DNA from: Eledone cirrhosa
Lineage: Eukaryota
NCBI GenBank assembly: GCA_964016885.1
Contig: OZ024741.1
Coordinates: 104,532,001-104,596,000, forward strand
Direction of reading: 5' to 3'
DNA: 64,000 nucleotides
The notes below the pieces were generated by a model. That model had not been told where the DNA came from and searched no databases. It worked only from the letters and a program-made list of their open reading frames with translations. Below, in pieces: positions 37,866 to 51,739 of this stretch; position 1 is the first letter of the stretch, and every line of letters starts with the position of its first letter. Both the position numbers and the translations under genes were made by a program.

Positions 37866-38519
37866 TATATGAACAAAACTCAGCCTAGTGGTTGTTATTG
37901 TGTCACGTCACACTGCATTATAAAATGTTTTTGTTTTCTCTTTATAGATGATAGAGTGGGGTTTGAAAGAGATTTCACTACTATTTCTAGTATGTGAAGC
38001 AACGAAGTTGAGACACCCTTGCTGGATTGGTCTCCTTCATTGGTGTCTCATTAATTTCATCATTCTCTAGCTTGTTTGTTTTTTGCGTATGCATGCCCTG
38101 CAATATTATACCAATGTTAAAACACTCAGATAGAAATTCATTAATTCATCAACCCTTTTGAATCTACCTGAATCTACCCCTCGTTCTGTGATCTAAAACT
38201 GTTGGTTTTAACCTTTTTGATACCAAACAACCTAAAACCACCCGTTTCTATAATATAAACTATTTATCTTAAAATGTTTATATTTATTTAAAAACCTTTC
38301 ATCATAATTCTATGTAAGAACCTTTGTTAAATTATGTTTCAAACACCAGTTTAATAATGAGAAATTTAGTTATATTACTAAACCCCTCCAAATTCTTGAT
38401 TATTTTCAAAATGATCTGAAAAATATTGTCAGAAACTTTTTTTAGAAATATATTATGATAGTAACAAAAGGGTTAAAAACATAGCATTTTAGGAAGCAGG
38501 TAAGAAATGGAAGACATAC

Positions 38520-38776
38520 TGTTGTAAGAACCAGGTACCCTCAGATGGGGGTTGTGATTCAATGAGGAAAATAAGGTTTCATCTGGGTTTCTTGTATCCT
38601 TAACCCACTGAGTAAAATCCTGTGATCGATGGTCATATATAAGGAAATTTACATAACCACGTGTTGCTGTTATATGTATGCTTCCTTTTGAAACTGTAAT
38701 ATTATGGGGTGCGGGATTTTTCAGACCCATTGGCCGAAAATTGACATACCTAAACTTTGTACGTGCTGCATAAGTT
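38520..38776 (-). CDS. GCNT-like glycosyltransferase, internal exon
   Basis: Acceptor ttatttacag, donor GTATGT; phase 2 in, phase 1 out; KGS...PDETLFSSLNHNPHLRVPGSY including the catalytic PDE motif. Confidence 0.92.
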
Positions 38777-39007
38777 CTGTAAATAAATAAAGAAGAAAAA
38801 GAAAACATTAATCTCATAAAAATATGTATTCTTAACTGGTCAGAAATATTACATAATTGTAAGGAAGGGATGAATCTCAGTACCTTACTGGGTACATCAA
38901 ATAATATATATATTGGACACAATAACACAGAGCAGTTGTTCTATATTTGCCTGGTCACCTACTTTTAACTCTTGTGCTCATGTCATCTTCAAGATCATTA
39001 TTTTTAT

Positions 39008-39189
39008 GCGGTGGATTGGCAGTATCGGTAGATGGTCAGACGTTATGCTTTCCAGCATAGTTACGTCCCTTTACGATCTGAGTTCAAATCCAGCCGAGGT
39101 TGACTTTGCCTTTCATCCTACGGGGTCGATAAAATAAAGTACCAGTAATGCACTGGGTAATTGCTGGCCTTGTGCCTAAAGTAGAAACA
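39008..39189 (+). mobile_element. SINE (family of 2011/19228)
   Basis: Full match to the other copies; TSD attatttttatg. Confidence 0.85.
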
Positions 39190-39239
39190 ATTATTTTTAT
39201 GTCTGCTGTTCCATGCTTGTATGGGATAGATGTGTCCTT

Positions 39240-41530
39240 TCAGCACAGTGTTCGTGTTCCTTTGTCATCTCTTCGGTGAGTTTCAGCAATTTAAGGTCAT
39301 CTCTTACCATCTCCTCCCATGTCTTCCTTGATTTTCCTCTACTGCAGCTTCCTTACATTGGAATTTTCTGACACTTCTTCACCTAGTGATCATCATCCAT
39401 GCATATCACATGTCCATACCAAAGCAATCATCTCTCTTGCATACTACTTCTGATTGAGTAGCCTTTGAGCCTGCAATGAATGACTACCCCTCTAATTTTA
39501 GTTTCACAATGAAATACACACAAAACAGGTGGACGAACAAATCAAGACTACATACTTTAAAAGGGAAGCTTTAGTGCTGTCAAAGATCTGACAACCTCTC
39601 TCGTATTGTTGCCATGATAAAATGCACCTAGTACACTCTGTAAAGTGGTTGGCATTAGGAAGGGCAGCCAGCTGTAGATACCAAACAAAATGTGGAACAT
39701 CTGAGCAAGACATGGTAAGAGCATGTTGTACTTTCCAGTGTATGTGTGCGTCTTTACATGCATGCCTGTATATGTATGAGTATATGTCTTTGTATGTAAC
39801 TTCCCATGAATTCTAGTGTTTGTGTGTTTATATATATCCTCATCATCCTGTTTATAGCCACAATTTCATGCTTGCATGGGTTGAACAGTTTCCCTCCACT
39901 CATTGTGTTCCATTGTCATCTCCTTTCTGACGTTCAGTGTTTTAAGATCTGCTATCACCACTTTTGTTTAGGTTTTCTTTGATCTTCTTTTACTGCAGTT
40001 TGTCGTAACTTGGAACTCCTGGCATTTCTTCACCCAAATACCATCATCTAAATGCCATCACATGGCCATACCAATGCAGTATTCTCTCTTGCCAACTATA
40101 TTTGATTCCTCTTACACTCAATTTCTCTCCCAGCTTATACCTACTTCACTGCTCATGTGCATTAACATCTCACATCCATCAGAGCATGCCTCATTTCTCT
40201 CTAGTGTTTACATATCCTCTTCATTTCTGCTCATGTCTTACTGCCATGCAACATTGCACTTTGCATCATATAGCCACCATTTCGTTCACAGGGAGAAACC
40301 TTTTGTTGTTAACAGAGGTAGTAGTTCCCTGAACTTTTTCCATCCTGTTCTTATTCTAGCTATCTCCTCCATTGCTAATTTGGTCACCTAGATAACAGAA
40401 TATATCAACTACTTCTATGGAGCTTTCCTTTGATTGGTTTATTTCACTGGGGCTCTTATTACTAAATACTTCTGAGCATTGCTCACAAACCAAATCTACC
40501 TCTCCTGTAACTCTGCCTACATTCCTACTATGTCATTAGTGTACCTATGTTTCACATTGTGTACACTATAGATTTCCTACTTACTCTTTTTCTACATATT
40601 GGACATAATCACTTCCCAGATAAAATATGATGGCTTGTCTTCTTTCCTACTTACTAAAATGTTGGTCATTGTTAAGTTTACTCTGAGCCATCTTGATTCT
40701 AATTTCTATTTCAACAAGAATTTCTTTTCTGGCTCATCCACAGATTCACATATAAGAACCAAGTTATCAGTATACACAAGTTTCCAGGAGGACTAAAATA
40801 AACAGGACTGAATGCTGATGAACACCTACATGCACATTTTGTTAACAACACTTCCATACATGGCTTACACTGCTCTCACAAGCCTCTCATCTACACCTAG
40901 TTTCCTTAAGGAGCACCAAATAAATGATAGTAGAATCCTATCAAATGCCTTCTCCAGATCAATGAAAACTAGATATAGTGGCTTACTATAACTAGGAATT
41001 TCTTTTGCAGTTGCTTCATTAAGATGTGTTTTCTCCACCATCATCATCATCATTTAATGTTGTCCATCTTCCACACTAGCATGGCATAAAACCAAACTGC
41101 AACTCTTTCATAACTTGGTCCATCAGTTTTATGATCCTTTTTAGTGTATCACCTTTTCCCTTGTAATAATTAATGAGTATATGGCTATGCTATCATTGAT
41201 GACCCCCACCTGATTGATTATGTGAGTCACTAATTTGACACCTACTTCAGCATCCCTGTGACTAACTCTGATGGTCCAGCAGCTTTATCAGTTTTCATTT
41301 CCCTGATTACTTCTTTGATCCTATAACTGTCAATTTTGATAGCAAGTCCCTCTGTTGAATCTACTGGGGGTAGTCCTTCTCTCCACTCATTCTTCACATT
41401 CATCAACTTCTTATAATATAATTTCCAGTGTCAGTGAAGTTAAGAGTACCAGTGTTATTTCCAACACACTTCTTCCAAACGACATTGATTCACAATGTGA
41501 ATGTTGATTCTCACCTCTCCTCAATTTACT
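39240..41530 (-). mobile_element. Stack of decayed RTE LINE fragments and SINE pieces
   Basis: KPLYLVFIDLEKAFDRI...LRKLGVDERLVRAV at 40865-41000; WYGHV-type C-termini near 39400 and 40060. Confidence 0.6.
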
Positions 41531-42769
41531 CAATACTTTCCATCTGTATTTGTAGAAGGTTAAAGGTTAAACATAAACTTGAAAATATTTACATCGTGCT
41601 TTTCAAATTTTTGTAGATGGTCATGATCATAAAGAGGCGAAAGCTGCAATACTTTGGCCATGTTATGAGGGCCCAGAATCTGTGAAACCCACATCCTAAA
41701 AGGATGGCAGAAGATTGAGAAGAAGACCAAGGAGACGCTGAAGTGATGACATCAGGGATTGGATGGGAAGATTGCTGGCAGCGTGCATGGTCATGGCAAG
41801 AGAGAGCAGCCAGTGGAAAGCATTGATGCAATTGTCCATGGTCTCCAACCTTCAGTAATGAAGATGGGAAATGAAAGAAGAATGTCATAGATTTTCTACA
41901 GGGATGGAATGTACTTTCTATAAATCTCAATTGTGAAAATAAAAACAAATTTCATCAGCATAATCGTAAATTATACCTTTAAAAATGTATCTCAATAACA
42001 TTTTCAGCTCATTTTCCATGCTAAAGCAGGAGCTTGTCCTCATGACAAGCTTCTCCATTTTGTCCTATTGTCTGCTTCCCTCTTGTCTTTCATTTCTTCC
42101 TCCATCATCTTTAGCCACGTCTTTCTTGATCTTCCACTTCCTTCCATATTAGTTCTACTACTTTTATAATCGATGCTCTTCCAGCTCTTCCCAACATTCA
42201 TTACTAGCTCTATTCCTGTTATCATCTCATGTAATTCTACTCACCCTGTCATTTTTATTAAACATGATCTAATTATCTCATTCCTATTCACAGCATGCAT
42301 CACTAGTTCTATTCCCACTATCCTGTTACTCTGTCATTTTTATCATTCCTCAACAAATGACCTACCCATCTCATTTCATTTATCTTTACAACTTGCATGT
42401 ATCTTTGCAAAATTTCCTTGTCCCAATGGAAGAGCCATCTTGGCTCTGTGGGGAGGGGGAGGCATACAAGGGAGATAAGTGTGAAGTTATGGCAAGTGTA
42501 ATGAGATTTGACAGGGTAAAGAGTGGGGAAGGGGATGTAATGGTGAAAACACTGAAGTGGCAGATGTGGGGGGGGGGGTCATCAGCGTTGGAGTGGAGGT
42601 GGCACTCACAAATACCAGGATGAGGTAGATAGGATGTAGTGATGGAGAGAATAGCTAAGGGGTGATTGTGGAGGGGGCATGGGTGGGGTGTATTGGGGTG
42701 AAGGCAGTAGCTACTAGAATGCAATGGTGAGAGTATCTAGGGGATACAATCAGTAATATTAGTACTTAC

Positions 42770-43311
42770 TTGCCATGGACTCCAGCAATGTCATTAGCTC
42801 CTTTAAAGGCTTTAAGAATGCGTACTATCTGGAGGTTGGTTTTCAAAGGGTACTCTTGCCCCGTTAAGTTTATGAAATATTTCCATTTTTTATGGTTTAA
42901 CAAATCCTTCATACAGATTAACTCTGCTTCTGTTTCAGAAAATTTCCCCCACTCAACATCAATAATCCTGGAGGCAATAAAGACATTAGTTAAACAACTT
43001 GCTATAGCTCTTATATCATTCAGTATCAATGGGTCAGAACTTTTATCAACATGAATGCAGTAGAAGTTATGTGGACGGTATATGGCCCTTAATAAGTTTT
43101 CAACTTGATCAGGTTCTTTGTAAAGTACAATGGAATAAGCAAGTGGAAAATCTTTTTCTTCTTGAGTAACCTTGTCCATTGAAATATAGCCACCACGTTT
43201 CCGAAATTTATTACAGTCTTTACACAGATTTTTTGCATACTCTCCATTACGTAATACAACATGTGGGTGTAGTAAAGAATATGTTTCTGCATTCTCCACA
43301 GCAAATTCCTC
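42770..43311 (-). CDS. GCNT-like glycosyltransferase, first visible coding exon
   Basis: Acceptor ctttcgttaacag (phase 0), donor GTAAGT (phase 2); EEKDFPLAYSI, LLRAIYRPHNFYCIHVDKS, WKYFINLTGQEYPLKTN are diagnostic GT14/Branch motifs. Confidence 0.93.
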
Positions 43312-43562
43312 CTGTTAACGAAAGCACGTTAATTTAAAGTTCAGCAAAGAGAAAAATAAAACATAAAAATGAAACAAATCTTATGATTTATCTATATTTG
43401 GACAGAAAGTGTTGTCAGGTGCAATTTGGAGTGAGGGTAATGCACATGGCCAGAATTCAAGATATACAGATCTTATGTTCTAAGGATATTTTACTTGAAT
43501 TTATAATGCTATGATCATTGAAGCAAATCTGTTTGTGTTTTGATTTCAACATTTCGGGGAAA

Positions 43563-43619
<57 letters not shown>

Positions 43620-44223
43620 TATTTTCCGTTGCGTTGTAATATAAATATTACATGTATTAAAGTACTTATATATATATATAGATATATATGTATATGTATA
43701 CACATAGACTAGAGTATGTATGTATATATGTGTGTGTCTATACGTGTGTATATAAAGATAAGTTGAGTATCAAAATGTATACACATGAACGCGTATGTAT
43801 GTACATGAATACGTGTGTGTATATATATATGTATGCATGTGTATATATATGTAGGTATGAACATGTTATTATGTGAATGTAAGTATATGTATTTTGTAGA
43901 GGTGTGCAAATATGTTTGTGTGTGAATGCGTGGGTGAAAGGATAGATACACTTGAAAGAAAAATTTAAGTCTGAATGTTAATTAAGTGCAAACACAAAAA
44001 CAACCATGCATATCTTTACTATCTCTAATCCTTCTATAGATTTAGAAAAATAACCAATAATATATTCTATAAAAATGTCAAAACAACAGATGGGAATCTA
44101 ATTACTCACTGCCACCAAAAATTCTCACTGCTATCAAAAAACCACTCCCTCAACTATTCTTCTAACAACTTCACCCCTCCCTCCTAATATTCTCTATAAA
44201 AACCAAACAGGTCCTCAGTAATA

Positions 44224-44344
44224 TTATTCTGATGAAATGACAGTAAATAATAACATTTAAATATTGAATGTCTGCATAACTAATACTTTGTAGATAGCAA
44301 CTGTTTTCAGGTTATGTAACTGTTATAGAAACACGTGTCAATAA
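44224..44344 (+). ncRNA. Type I hammerhead ribozyme motif with extended stem II
   Basis: Stem I TTATT/AATAA; core CTGATGA (44229-44235) and GAAA (44328-44331); stem II base ATGACAGT/ACTGTTAT; palindromic stem III CACGTG; cleavage triplet GTC. Confidence 0.75.
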
Positions 44345-44426
44345 ATTCCTTTCAACTAAACTGTATCCATTCAAATCTTTCTATATATATATATATTATA
44401 TATATAAATTATATATATATATAAAT

Positions 44427-44458
<32 letters not shown>

Positions 44459-44461
44459 AAT

Positions 44462-44529
<68 letters not shown>

Positions 44530-44642
44530 ATATGTATATATACAGTATTTTCCGTTGTGTTGTAATATAAATATTACACACAGTAGATTGACAGCTCACG
44601 TAGAGTTTGCTCGACGGTTCCAGTTGTAGTTCCAAAAGTAAT

Positions 44643-47322
44643 CCTACAAACTAGATTTAGTCTTAGCCAGGTTAATTTTAAGTCCTTTTGATTCTAGGCC
44701 GTGCTTCCATGTTTGGAATTTCTTCTCTAGCTCGGCCATTGATTCCGCTATGAGTGTCAGGTTGTCTGCGTATAGGAGTTCCCATGGGCAGCCGGTCTTG
44801 AACTCCTCTGTTATAGCCTGAAGGGCAATAATAAATAGTAGGGGGCTGAGAACAGAGCCCTGATGGACGCCAACTTTTACGCTAAACTCTTCACTATATT
44901 CGTTGTTAATTCTAACCTTGCTGACTGTTTCTTTATACATGGCTTGTATAGCTCTCACAAGCCATTCGTCAACGCCTAGTTTTCTAAGAGCCCACCAGAT
45001 AATGGAGCGGGGGACTCTGTCGAAGGCTTTCTCCAAGTCGACAAAAGCTAAGTAGAGGGGTTTACCTTTAGCTAGGTACTTCTCCTGTAGTTGTCGTACA
45101 ATGAAAAGAGCGTCTGTGGTACTTTTGCCTGACACAAACCTTAACTGCATTTCATCTAGGTTAATTCTCTCTCTGATTAGTTGTGCTATTACTTTTTCCG
45201 TGACCTTCATGACCTGGTCGATTAATTTAATGCCTCTATAGTTACTCCTATCTAGGGCGTCTCCTTTACCATTATAACAGTTAACGATGATGCTGCTATG
45301 CCAGTCCTTCGGAACAACCCCATTCTGTACGACTTGGTTAACTATGCGGGTGACCATGGTGTGTCCCACCGTGCCAGATGCCTTCAGCATCTCAGCAACT
45401 ATTTCCAAAGGCCCAGCCGCCTTACCCGTCTTCATATCCTTGATTGCCTTACTTATTATACTCCCCTCGACTAACACTGCTGGTCCCTCTATTGGGTCGA
45501 TATGGGGGAGACTGTCTTTCTCCCATTTATTCTCCTTATTTAGTAGCCTTTCATAGTGACACTTCCAAGCTACCTTCTTATGAGCGTCGGTGATGGCAAG
45601 TATGCCATCATCGTTAAGTACACACTTCTCCCCGACAATATCACGGTTTTCCTTGACGCATTGCCTAGCAATCCTGAACACCTCACGTTTTTGGTCCTCG
45701 CGTTGTAGAACATGCTTGAACTTTCTTTCCTCAGCTTCCCTTCTTGCTAAGTACACTTGTCTCTTAGCTTCCCTCCTAGCCACTTGATAGTCTTCTCTAC
45801 TTCCCCCATCCCGCCATACTTTCCAAGCCTGCTTTTTGGCCTTAATTGACCCCTCCACCTTACTGTTCCACCACCATGTTACTCTCCTCCTGCCTACAGG
45901 CCTGCTCCAGCCACAGACTTCTTCTGTCACCATCAGCAGGTTTGCTTTCAGAAATTCCCACTGTCCCTCTATATTGTCCGACTCTAAATGTTCTTCCTTA
46001 CTGTCGAAAGCATCAAGTAATATGCTTTGAAATTTATTTCTGGCTGTGGGGTCCTTTAGCTTCCATATTTTTCTCCTGAGGATAGTCCTCTTCTGCTGTC
46101 GAGTACGTCTCGTCCTGACTATGAGGTCGCTAATTATCAGTCTATGTTGGGAGGTGCATTCTTCATGGGGGAGGGATTTAGTGTTTACAACAGACACTCT
46201 GTCACGTCTTCTGGTAAGGATATAATCTACCTGGCTTGTGTGTTCCCCGGATCTATAGGTGATCAGGTGATTGTCACGTTTTTTGAAGTTAGTGTTACAG
46301 ATAGTTAGGTTATTTGCATCACAGAATTCCAGGATTCTGGAGCCTTCCTCATTTCTAGTACCAAACCCATAGCCTCCATGGATTTCGTCGTAGCCGTCAC
46401 AATGTTGTCCAACGTGACCATTTAGGTCGCCTGCAATAATTATATAGTCACTGTCGGATATTTGGGAGGTAGTTAGCATCAGTGTCTCATAGAATCTGTC
46501 TTTTATAGTGCCGGGCAGTCCGGATTGGGGTACGTACGCAGATATTACTGTCACCGTAGTTCTTTTGAGGACAAGTCGTATTTTAATTATTCTGTCGTTC
46601 ACTCTATTTACGTCTATTATCTTATCTGCCCACTTTTCTGCTACCATGATTCCTACTCCACCCAGCCCATCGTCGTTTCCCACCCAGAAAAGCTTATAAC
46701 ATCGTTTTTTACCCTCAATGAATCTAGCAGACCCACCCCTCCACCTGGTCTCTTGAATACAACAAACATCGACCTCCTTACGTTCAAGCATTTCTACAAC
46801 CTCGTTAGCGCGACCCTTTGGGGTGCCTACATTTATGGTACCAACTCTGAAGTTTTGGATTGCGTTTGGGGGTTGGGGGCGGTGGGGGGCGGGGGGCGAT
46901 GGGGTTATGTTAGCCGTCCGCGGTCGAAACAATGAGGAGTGCTCGCATTCTCGTCCACAAGGTGAATTTGTCTTTATCTTTATCTTTGGCATTGTCGCTG
47001 AGCGTCCAGATTTTTCTCTCTCTCCTCCACTCTCCAGGATTCCGCAGTCCATCCATCCATCATATATCGAAAGGCAACCAGGCAAGCGATAGTATAGGCC
47101 TCTGGCTTATGATTGGTCCACGTAATAATAATACTGGTGATGCGTGGGGGCTCTGGCTTATGATTGGTCCACGTAATAACAATGGTGGTGGTGCGTGGGG
47201 GTGGAAGGGAGGGGTGGTGGTGCGTGGGGGTGGGAGGGAATGATTGAATGAGGTCCTTGCATTTAACAAGCGATTAACAAAAATACAAAATTTGTTCTGT
47301 TCAATACGACAAAAACTCTCGT
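44643..47322 (-). mobile_element. RTE-clade LINE, 5' end present, 3' end missing; 813-codon APE-RT ORF (47085-44644)
   Basis: CCIQETRW, AGDLNGHVG, SQVDYIL, NYRGIKL, VDLEKAFDRV, QGSVLSPLLF, YADN (for YADD); breaks off after INLAKTK. Confidence 0.92.
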
Positions 47323-49825
<2,503 letters not shown>

Positions 49826-50148
49826 CAGTATATGGATAGCAGTTGAGCAGTTGAAGTATAAGGACGTGTTTTTACTTCTCTCCCCGAGTAAGCAGCAAGT
49901 CACACAGCCACAAAACAAAACCACAAGACAAAACCAAACAAACAAAAATTGACCGGTTAATACATTTTCATACATCTATATTATTATATATTTGAAAATT
50001 GACCGGTTAATACATTTTTCATACATCTATATTATTATATATTTGAAACCACGTGTTTTCGAACTTGTGAGTACATTTTCCTTTAACTACAAATTATTAT
50101 TATATACTTTCGTCTTTTCATTAACTTAATTAATTTCAAATAACCAGA

Positions 50149-50181
<33 letters not shown>

Positions 50182-50572
50182 CTCATATTTATATATATAC
50201 GCTTCTCACTCACACACAAGAAAAACAAAAAACAAAAATAAATCAAAAATAAATTTAAAAAAAAATATATATATATTGAAATACTTAACTAAAACACACA
50301 CACACGAACTTGTGAGTACATTTTCCTTTAACTACAAATTATTATTATATACTTTCGTCTTTTCATTAACTTAATTAATTTCAAATAACCAGAATATACA
50401 TATATATATATATATATACTCATATTTATATATATACGCTTCTCACTCACACACAAGAAAAACAAAAAACAAAAAAACAAAAACAAAAATAAATCAAAAA
50501 TAAATTTAAAAAAAAAAAATATATATATATATTGAAATACTTAACTAAAACACACACACACTCAAAACTAGA

Positions 50573-51739
50573 ATGGCTAACCAGCAAAAATCCAAACAGA
50601 ACTGGTCTGATAATGAAATCGACATTCTAATAAACACATGGCATTGCCTTTCCCAAACAGAAAATATAGATGCTTCATCTCTGAACGACATTGCTAAACG
50701 TACAGTTCAATTTTTGAAAACTCGATCTGAACAACAGATTCAAAATAAATTAAAGCAAATCGAAATTGCTTTTAAATTAATCAATAAACATTTGGATAAA
50801 CTACGGTGTGTTTTCTCTTCGAATGCTGTCCAGCAGCAGCAACAACAACAACAGCAGCTACAACAGCAACAACAACAACAGCAACAACAACAACAACAGC
50901 TACAACAACAACAACAGCAACAACAACAACAACAACGACAACAACAGTGTGAACCACTCCTTGATTCATCAACAATGGCCGATCTACTAAATGAAACTAT
51001 TGACCCCCCAGTGGCCTCTGTCTCACAGCATGAAACGCCACATCCTTTCTCTGGCCCAGCAGTCCAATCATCACCACTGCCAACATCTCTGCCTACTACT
51101 ACTACTACTACTACAACATTTTTGTCTACTGCTATGTCAAGGAATTTACCTTCTAATACCAGAACAAGAACTCTCCCTCCCACAGTCCACAAAGGTCGTC
51201 AAATCCTACCCAAACCATCATCTACACCTCTCACAACACCCACACCCACATACCCACCCACTCGAAACCCCATCATTTGCCGCTACTCTCTACGCTATAG
51301 AATATGTACGGATAGTGGCTGCAAATTCACCCATTTACCTAGGACAAAACGATCTATCCCCACAAACAGCCACCACCATAATACATACTCTAATTTAACA
51401 CCAACACAACCACCAATAACTCAAACAAGGAATCCACAAATCTGCCGTTTTTCCCTGCGAGACAGATTGTGTTTAGACCGGGATTGTCCCTTTACCCATC
51501 TCCCGGGGACCCGTCGGATAAATGAAAATAAAATTAAAAATAAAAGCAAAAACAAAAACCATAACCTACATAAAAATAACCACTACCACAGTCACCAACA
51601 GTCTTCTAAACAGGAAACTTCTTCCTCTTTTTTAGCCATAATGAATCTGGCAAAAGAACTGGAAAAAAACATTCGAGCTATCACCCAGCACCACCCTCCA
51701 CTATCACCCCACTGCACAAACTCCCATTGCTGCCATTAA
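50573..51739 (+). CDS. LINE ORF1: Myb/SANT-like N-terminus, polyQ, two CCCH zinc fingers
   Basis: 388 aa; NWSDNEIDILINTW...RSEQQIQNKLKQI; Q tract; CRYSLRYRICTDSGCKFTH and CRFSLRDRLCLDRDCPFTH. Confidence 0.8.
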   Translation: MANQQKSKQNWSDNEIDILINTWHCLSQTENIDASSLNDIAKRTVQFLKTRSEQQIQNKLKQIEIAFKLINKHLDKLRCVFSSNAVQQQQQQQQQLQQQQQQQQQQQQQLQQQQQQQQQQQRQQQCEPLLDSSTMADLLNETIDPPVASVSQHETPHPFSGPAVQSSPLPTSLPTTTTTTTTFLSTAMSRNLPSNTRTRTLPPTVHKGRQILPKPSSTPLTTPTPTYPPTRNPIICRYSLRYRICTDSGCKFTHLPRTKRSIPTNSHHHNTYSNLTPTQPPITQTRNPQICRFSLRDRLCLDRDCPFTHLPGTRRINENKIKNKSKNKNHNLHKNNHYHSHQQSSKQETSSSFLAIMNLAKELEKNIRAITQHHPPLSPHCTNSHCCH

